Of a DNA stretch of 64,000 nucleotides, positions 55,755 through 64,000 are shown piece by piece. The stretch comes from Octopus vulgaris. Taxonomy: Eukaryota. The position numbers and the translations under genes were made by a program. The notes beneath the pieces are model-generated. The model worked only from the letters and a program-made list of their open reading frames with translations, searched no databases and was not told the origin of the DNA. Positions within the stretch are counted from its first letter, which is position 1; the number at the start of each line of letters is the position of its first letter. The stretch covers positions 110,980,001 to 111,044,000 of the forward strand of contig OX597816.1 in the NCBI GenBank assembly GCA_951406725.2. The letters run 5' to 3'.

Positions 55755-58700
55755 CCATTTTAAATATTCATTCAAGCCATATATGCATCTCCTAGTTTTA
55801 GTTTTGCAGTCAAAAATTAGAAACATGTTTACGGTTAATACAGTCAAATGTGGCAGAGAAACCTTGATAAAATCAAATGATAACATGTCATAATTTGAAA
55901 ATATACAATTTCTAATGGATGTGATACCTTAAATGCCTTATATATTCAGAAGATGAGAAGTAATATAAATATAAATTGAAAGTTAAACGAAGTATATTTA
56001 CCATTCTTTGGAACAGATAAGAAATGTACTTTTCACTATTTTTACCGAATACATCAGGAATTATTTGAATTTGTAAGACACTGAAATTTGATAAAGTGGT
56101 AAAAGAAATACAGACGAAAATTTATATATTACATAGATTTTTTTTTATGTCTATATAATAGGCATTGAAATGATATCTTAAATATTTTACAGCAGTTCAA
56201 TGACCCTTTCTGATCAAAGATTTCAGATTTTAACAATATTACAGTATATTGCTTTTATACAATTCTTACTTTTAGAAATTATTTGGACATTGGTAAAAAT
56301 GTTATTCAGCAAGAGATTAATAAAGACGTAGATTTTTCAGATTACATTTTACACTACTTGATAGTTTTATTATATGTTTTCTCCTCCTTATAAAGGTTTT
56401 ATATCGACGCAAATTAAATCAGTATGTAATTCTAAGTTATTGGCTTTTAGTTCCATCTAATATTTCACACGTATATTAAATGGCAGCTACGCTGAATAAT
56501 TCTATTCTTCATCGGGGATTTACAAACTAATCACTCTATAATTTTCGTTTCCACTTTAATCACCAGGAAAATAATGAAAATAAGAAATTTGTCATAAATC
56601 TTTGAATTAGATAACGTTCCAAGGTTGCTTCACTAAAACGTAATAACATTAAAGTTATTTGCACAAAACCGCTCCGTTTCCTATTTACTGGTGATCGTAG
56701 CTATATTCATCAGTGGTCTTTGTAGGTACAAGCATGTACGTATATATCATTCAAGATTTCAATGTAATCTTCGTATATGTGGTTCAAATTTTACATCTTT
56801 AGTTCTCAGTTATTAAAGGAAATAATTTGATGGCAGCACTTCTAAAGGCAACTATATGATTTTCTCATAGATCGGACAATCCTCTTATAGTCAATATTTT
56901 AAAAAAATTTATTTAACAATTTCACACATTTCTGCATTATTTTCTTAATAATACAGAACTATTTGTTTCAAACAGCAAGTATTAACCGGTATTATGCTTA
57001 TTGTGCCACGCGTTTATTTTGAAAAGTAGGTCTTTTGATGGTAATATTTTTGTATTGAAGAACAGTAAGGATTCTGCCTTATTCTATCATTAAAAATTAA
57101 CCTTTTCACAAAATTATGATAGCAAGATGATCACTTTTCACACATAGAAGTAGAAAATTCAGCTACAGTTTAGAATTCGTCTCTAGAGTTAATGACAAAG
57201 TAGCAGTCAGTACACAATATAATGCTAACACAATTAATTTACAAAAAAGAGGTATGGCATAGCTATAGAAAGAATAAAACAAAACATGTATAGTTACGGT
57301 GCTTAATGTAATGAGTTTCCATCGAACTTTGAAATGAGTATTCAATTTGAATAAGGGTGTAAGTGCCAGATTTTTTTTCACAGGCACATGTTGTCTTCGC
57401 TCAGGTCTCAGGCGGAATATGTATGATAGATTGTGATAAGGCTAGACTTTTAATTATTAAGAAAACCCTTCAATCAGCTTCCACATACATTCTGTTTATC
57501 AGGCTTGGGTCAATGCGACCAATAGCAAAAGGCACAAGTAAAAGATGCTGTACTATGGGATCGAGCGCGAAAACCTAGTGGCTGTAAAGCAAACTTTTTA
57601 AATATTCAGCAATGCTGAGCATATACGTGCGTATGTAAGGTAATCAGAAATACACTGGGGATTACATGTGTTTAAGTCAAAAGTGAAGAAAAATCAATGA
57701 TGTCTTCCAGTCTAGTCCGGAAATTCGTGTTACAAATATGTCTCAATACTAACATTAAAATTTTACTAGAAATATATATTTTACCCTCTAATGAATTAAT
57801 GATACAACAAAATAGCAATTTATAACAACACTAAATCATGATAAATGTAAGTCTCAAATGAAATTAGATTAGAAAACTGCCATCCGAGTATACTAATATA
57901 TGTTGTCAGGTGAGTAATGGTGTTTCTGACGGAGGATATAATGGAGATACACTTTTCAATACAAATAATAGTTTTAATATAAACAGAACAAGGGTACTTG
58001 AATGTACGCGGATAATTGCGCCGTCTCTCACTAATCTCTTTTGTTATAGATGAATAATGGCGTAGCTGCAAGGGTTTGCTAGTTAATATTTACATATATC
58101 TAAATCATGCCAATTTCCCTCTGATAAATTGCGTATACTTTGTAACGTTTATTTGTGTATTACATGGTTGATCGGAATGGTACTTTTGTTGCTGAAATGT
58201 GGATATATACACACAAGCACACATACTGACATTAGATATATATCTAGATGGAACTATTCATTTAAAAATTAATTTGTAAATGTCATTTTAAACTACAAAT
58301 ATAATGAGTAAAATGAATGTTAAACGCCATTTCCAGTAGACCTTGCTAAAAAATAGCGAAAATAAACAAAACCAAATTCGTTTGCATGGTGGAGTAATTC
58401 ATTAGGAATGAAATTACATTTGTCGGCTGGGAGCAAAATTGTATCAGCGTAGATCTCCACCACGTAATGACTAAGTGGATAAATATCTCTAAGAAGAATT
58501 GTTTCAGTGATAAATATCAGTGCAGCTGTTTACTTAACTTTGAAAAGTTTGGCAATTGCTGCTGGCCTTTGAGATATAAATCTAACATAAGGACCCTGTT
58601 CGGTACCAAAATATAAAAGTTATCAACCATAATATAGAACCTACGATGTATGTGCATGTTGCTAAAATTTCGTTACGATATTGTGCTAAGATTTTACGGA

Positions 58701-59904
58701 TATTATTAATACAAAATTCATGTTTGTAAACATTTTTTATTCCAGTACTATGTATGTATTATAATTCATATCATGAAATATTATTTCTATATTGATTTTT
58801 TAGTATCTTGTATTTGTTCAGTATAAGCAGATATGAAGCTCTGGGGTAACTAATCGAAAACAACACCTAATTTGTATTTCTTGCTATAACTAGACCTGAT
58901 TACATCATGATTACTCGGCAGTGTGTTTTTCTGCAATTTAAAACTTTAAGCTTACGCCTCTTGTTTTAACGAGTGCAATACGTTAAGTTAATGGAAACAC
59001 AGCTAATGCATTTATGAAGAAAAATAATGTAGATTCCCTCTCTCGTTGATTCTCATGTAAGCCTGTTAGATAGGAATGAACCTGCGATTTTGAAGATGGT
59101 GAAAATGAGAAGTAATAATATTAATAGCATATCAAATTTAGCGATGCAAAAGGAGAGAACATGTATACATACATGCAGATATATATGTATTTATGTGTAT
59201 TTATTCCATAAAAATATGCATACATTTTTTGTGTTTATATTCAGCTGTAAATGTGTTTTGCGGAATTATTTGTTCTCTATACTGTTTTTTATAATTTATC
59301 TGAGTTACAACCTTCTCCAACGGTTCTGCTTTCCTGTTGTTTTGAAGATTTATTTTTTGTCTTTGCTTTTTTCTTGAATTTTTTCGGTACACTCAGATGT
59401 GGAGAATAAAGAAATAATAATCTTAACCAACATGATATTCAGCAGGAATAGTGGAAATAACATCATTCTAATCCTTGTCAATTTTGTGCTTGTAAAAACT
59501 TAGCATTGTATGTATAATTTTGCTGTAAAGCGTATCAACTTTCCATAACGAAAGCATGTAATATCAGCTGATAACAACTTCATACATTAAACTTCACAAA
59601 GCTCACATGAATCACACTTTCGTGTACATTATGGTCTGTCTACTGCAGGGAAACATTCAAATCAGTGAATCTATATTTTCCTGTTCATAAAAACAATTAA
59701 TTCAAGCCTGCATAACTTTTACAATAATGGGGTGAATTTTGTTGTAGTAAAAGAAACGTAGTATTATTATCTCATAGAACACAAGCCATATTGCTTATAT
59801 TCTCTTCACTGAAGACGGAAATCGTCATAGATATTTCATATTCTCATCAAATAGTTATTTCAAATCTCACGTAAAATAAGTTACATATCATGGATATTTC
59901 AGGT

Positions 59905-60085
59905 AGAGATCTGGCAGCATCCTTAGCACGCTTGGCAGCATTTCGTCCATCTTCAAGATCTCTGTTAAAATTCCGCTGAGATCAGCTTTGTCTTTCGTCG
60001 TTTCGGGGTCGATAAAATAAGTATCTGTTGAATACTGGGTTTGATGTAATCAACTTACCCACTCCTCCGAACTTGCTGGCCTTAT
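59905..60085 (+). mobile_element. SINE family B
   Basis: CTGGCAGCATCCTTAGCAC head; TTTCGGGGTCGATAAAATAAGTA central motif; matches the 15268 and 44850 copies. Confidence 0.65.
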
Positions 60086-60864
60086 TTTAAAACGAATATT
60101 ATATCTAATATGTAAAGTTGAAAACAATATTATATGTAAATGGAAATTCTTCGACTGATTAGGCTCATTGTTTGATGGTTATGTATAATATTTCTATTTA
60201 CGTTACGCCTTAGTAACCACATTTTCCTGTACTCATCTTATGTCTTAAAACCTTACTGTCCATTTTATAAACTTTAATCGGAAGCAAAGCCTAGTAGCAG
60301 TTTTATATACACAACCGCGCCGCATAGATATAGGGTACGCTATAGGATATTATTATTAACATTCCTTAATTTGAAACTGGAAGGGTAAATACACCGGGAA
60401 AATGTTTTGATAACAATCAAAAATGAATTTCAGTGTATTATTAAATAAACTGATATAGTGATGGATAGTTTAAAATGTGTTATCCTAGATAATAATGATA
60501 CGGTACGGAACTATAATCCACTAGAACCACAACATTTATGAGACAATTAGTCCTGTTTTACATTTTGTAAGGTACGTGATCCTAGGGGAATGGGTAACTT
60601 TGTTTTGAATTTCATTTCACCGTTATTCGTAAATTTAAGTTACACTTAGTGCAATCTGGAAAATTCTAAAACAAAATTTCTTCAAAAGAATATTGCTTCA
60701 AGGAATGTGAGGTATTGTGTGTAGATAAGTTTCTAGGCATTTATTTATTTCATTGTATACCACATATTGAAAATCAAAGGACAATATATAGACTAACCAA
60801 GAATTTCGGTGCAAATGAATACTGCACAAATTCCATGAATATAAGTTTTCTGAAAAACACCGGG

Positions 60865-61188
60865 GATTTAGTCTTCCATTTGCAAAATCAGCCCCCTTTA
60901 ATTTTGCTCAGATTGTTTTCCATTTTGGTGTTTCGATGCAGTTCTGAATTTTGATTACACTCAACCAATTACTTTGTCTCATAAATTAAAGAATTTGACG
61001 TTATTTGGAATTAAATTCCGTTGATTGACTAAAATTACCCAAATTTTTCCAACTATAATTCCGAATAACATCAGATTCTTTAATTTACGAGATAAAGTAA
61101 TTGGTTGAGTGCAATCAAAATTCAGAACTTCATCGATACCCCAAAATTGAAAATAGGGCTGATTTTGCGATTGAAACCGACTAGATCC
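60865..61188. repeat. diverged foldback / long inverted repeat
   Basis: GCAAAATCAGCCC...TTCTGAATTTTGATTACACTCAACCAATTACTTT...GGAATTA vs TAATTCC...AAAGTAATTGGTTGAGTGCAATCAAAATTCAGAA...GGGCTGATTTTGC; about 40-bp spacer. Confidence 0.92.
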
Positions 61189-63679
61189 AACACCAGTTTG
61201 TAGGTTTTCTAACTGATATCGACACCTTCTCCAGCGGATGTATGTATGATATTTATGCATGTGCCTGAGGATAGGTCGATGAACAATGAACATGTATATT
61301 ATTTTTTTTAATGAACTGCGAAGATGAAGATTACGTTTAAGTGCAACTATTGAATTACATTTTCTATTGCCACGAGTATCACTTAAATGTCTCTTCTCAG
61401 TTAACTGCAATGCAAAATCAACACATTTGCCATTAGGTAGATTGGATGTAAAGAAAGCCCACTCATCATCTCAAGAAAGTTCATGTTTATGAACACGACT
61501 GGTAAATGTCTTATAACCTTACATCGAAATCATTCGGCTTGAAAAGCAAAATAACATACTTAATCACGTAGACACAACGCATCTACATAAATAATACAAT
61601 CCTACAATCCTATCATATACATACAAGAAGGATTAAGCTGCTGTGTTGGATTAGGCTATCATCTCAGCTCTAATTAAGTATATTATCAAATGTGTCCAGC
61701 CGTAATCGACTTTTTATTTATGTACCTAGTCTTAATACACCTAATAATGCAATAAATAATGTGCCCCATATAACTACAACTTCATCATTTAGTGTGTCCT
61801 TGCATTTTTGAAACATTTGTTTACTATTGCTATAATATGAAGAAAGTACAGAGAGCTTTCTCAGTCTTTTGGGCTATGTTACTCATCGGACATCTAAAAT
61901 ATTACTGGTAATATTAATAGGGCAAGGTTTTTAACTTCAAAATATTATAGACAGTTGAAAATGTTAATTTCAAACATTCAAAATCGTCTGTCCATGTAGA
62001 AACTATTTGCGGCGCAAATTTGAGAAGCACAGATATAGGAACTCACACGTTAGTTTACCTACCATGAAACTGTAGTCAAACATGATATACAGATTTTGTC
62101 CAAACAACTGCACCTCTTACTATTGCTGGCATGGAGCAGCTTAGCCAGTTGTTCATACACTATCCTATCATATTGAAACCAACTAAATATTCTTTTGTTC
62201 CTCCTAATTCTCATATGTTTCGTTTATTTGCTTGACACACCATGAAATACTCAGTATTTATGAGATGTGCGTCATATTTTTTTAATTATAGAATTAATGG
62301 AAACTGAGTGAGATCACATTAGTATTTGCCCTGCTTCACTTTTCGGGGAGAAGATTTGGTATTAATTCTAACAGCGATTAATCACTTGAGCTTCGTTCCT
62401 TTATGAGAGATTTTAATCCTTAGAATATACGTATGTGCGCGTGCGCGTGTGTGTGTGATATATATGTGTTTTATGTGTGTGTGTGTGTGCGCGCACGTAT
62501 GAATTAAGAAAGTAACGTTGCAGCTATTTTGGTATCAACGAATTATTTATCTGCATACATTAGAAGTCAGGAACAAATAATCTAAGAACATTGTTATAAT
62601 AACGTACTAGTCCATAATGTATACCTTTAAGATACCTCCAGCCGTCCACTTCAGCTGATATTTTTCAATCGGTACATTCAATCTCATGCCATATACTGTG
62701 ATTTGCAATCTTTGCCTTGGGAATCAAGTTCAACAGCGGCAATACTTGAAAGTAGATTTAATCAAATCAGTGACGTCAAATCATTTAGACTTTTAACAGC
62801 TGAAATGCTTTAGGAAAATTTTTACTCACTTATTCATTTATTCTGTGATTTAAGCTTGAAGACGTGTGTTGCAAATATATTTCAGAGTTTATATGTGCTC
62901 TAACAAAATACTTTTAATTCTAGAAAAATCACGAATCTGCTTCATACTTGAGTTTTAATACGTTTATTCTTGCCCTCTAAATCATCAACGGAGGATCAGT
63001 GTTTGTGTATTATTTTATAATGAGCAAAACCCTTTGTTTATGACAATTTTCTTATTTTCAGAAGGTATATTAAAACTGCAATAAAACTAAATAATCATCG
63101 GAAATAACTGATGCTTTACACGTAAGCAGGTGCCATATGTCCATATATTCACAAACGGTGTCAGCATACTTAACAATCTGTGTCACTTTAATTATTATCT
63201 CATATGACGTGCTGAATGTAAAGCACCCTATGCGCTGCTTCCGGTTCACAATTTTCAAACGGATTTTATCTAATTATTGTTGGATAATGCATGAGGACTA
63301 CATAACTTTCGGTTTCAAATAGAAAGCTGACTGGTGTAAGATTTTTCGAGGACAGCAGTGTTCCATACATGAAACCAATGCGTATACATACATGCATACA
63401 TACATAAATACTTACACACACATAGATAAAAGACAAGTTCTCAGAAAGACCCAATGCAAACCTTGAAGATTGAAAGCATGTTATTGATGAGTCTGCAATA
63501 GCGACTAAATGACTCTGACAGGGAAAACTGACTACTGACTCTCTCTTCAATGAACACATTAAACAATCCATTAGATAGTTTGTTGGCAAAAGAAAGAAGT
63601 GGTATTGAACCAGTGCATGTGTTTATTTTAATCTTTATTAGAATAATGATCCTCCCTGGACACAATAATATACATATGC

Positions 63680-63920
63680 ATGTGTGCGTGTACGCGTGCG
63701 TGCATATTTGTCTTTGTGCGATTGAGGTATCCCCCGATCACTTGACAACCGGGGTCGGTGTGATTATATCTTCGTAAGTTAGCAGTTCAGCAAAATGCCG
63801 ATAGTATATATGTACCAAGCTTAGAAAGTACAGAGATCGATTTGTTCGACTAAAATTCTTCAAGACGGTGTCACAGCTTCGCCACAGTCTAATGACTGAA
63901 ACAAATAAATGATAAAAGAT
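63680..63920 (+). mobile_element. SINE family A, 3' half
   Basis: CTTGACAACCG...TCGATTTGTTCGACTAAA...CACAGTCTAATGACTGAAACAAATAAA. Confidence 0.8.
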
Positions 63921-64000
63921 ATGGAATATTTATTAATATATTTCAAATACATTTTTTTTCTGTGACGTCGTATATCATCAAACGCAAGGTGCACGAACAT

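Noticed and set aside
59808-59830. CTGAAGA/CTGATGA-type seeds here and near 6346, 21005, 25327 and 42731
   Set aside because: No properly placed stem II-GAAA-stem III, so not called hammerheads.
60979-61410. 143-aa minus-strand ORF
   Set aside because: Overlaps the foldback repeat, non-ATG start, no recognisable motif.

Overview
AT-rich, microsatellite-dense eukaryotic DNA, intronic or intergenic. The SINE types and repeat texture suggest a cephalopod, probably Octopus (inference). I found no credible host protein-coding exon, rRNA, functional tRNA or CRISPR array; most listed ORFs are microsatellite read-through or antisense to transposons. Real coding signal is all transposon-derived: three R4/Dong-type RLE non-LTR retrotransposon copies (one young and 5'-truncated, one near full-length but decayed, one fragment), Penelope-like (GIY-YIG) remnants with inverted terminal repeats, an internally deleted Helitron, Tc1/mariner relics, a 165-bp hAT-type MITE with an 8-bp TSD, and several tRNA-derived SINE families. 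Most notable: (1) about eight minimal type-I hammerhead ribozyme motifs, one downstream of a tRNA-like Pol III head; (2) chains of Dong elements and unclassified non-coding modules separated by (TAA)n tracts; (3) palindromes centred on or abutting (TA)n tracts; (4) a pre-miRNA-like hairpin. These mostly belong to known element classes, and novelty cannot be established without searches.
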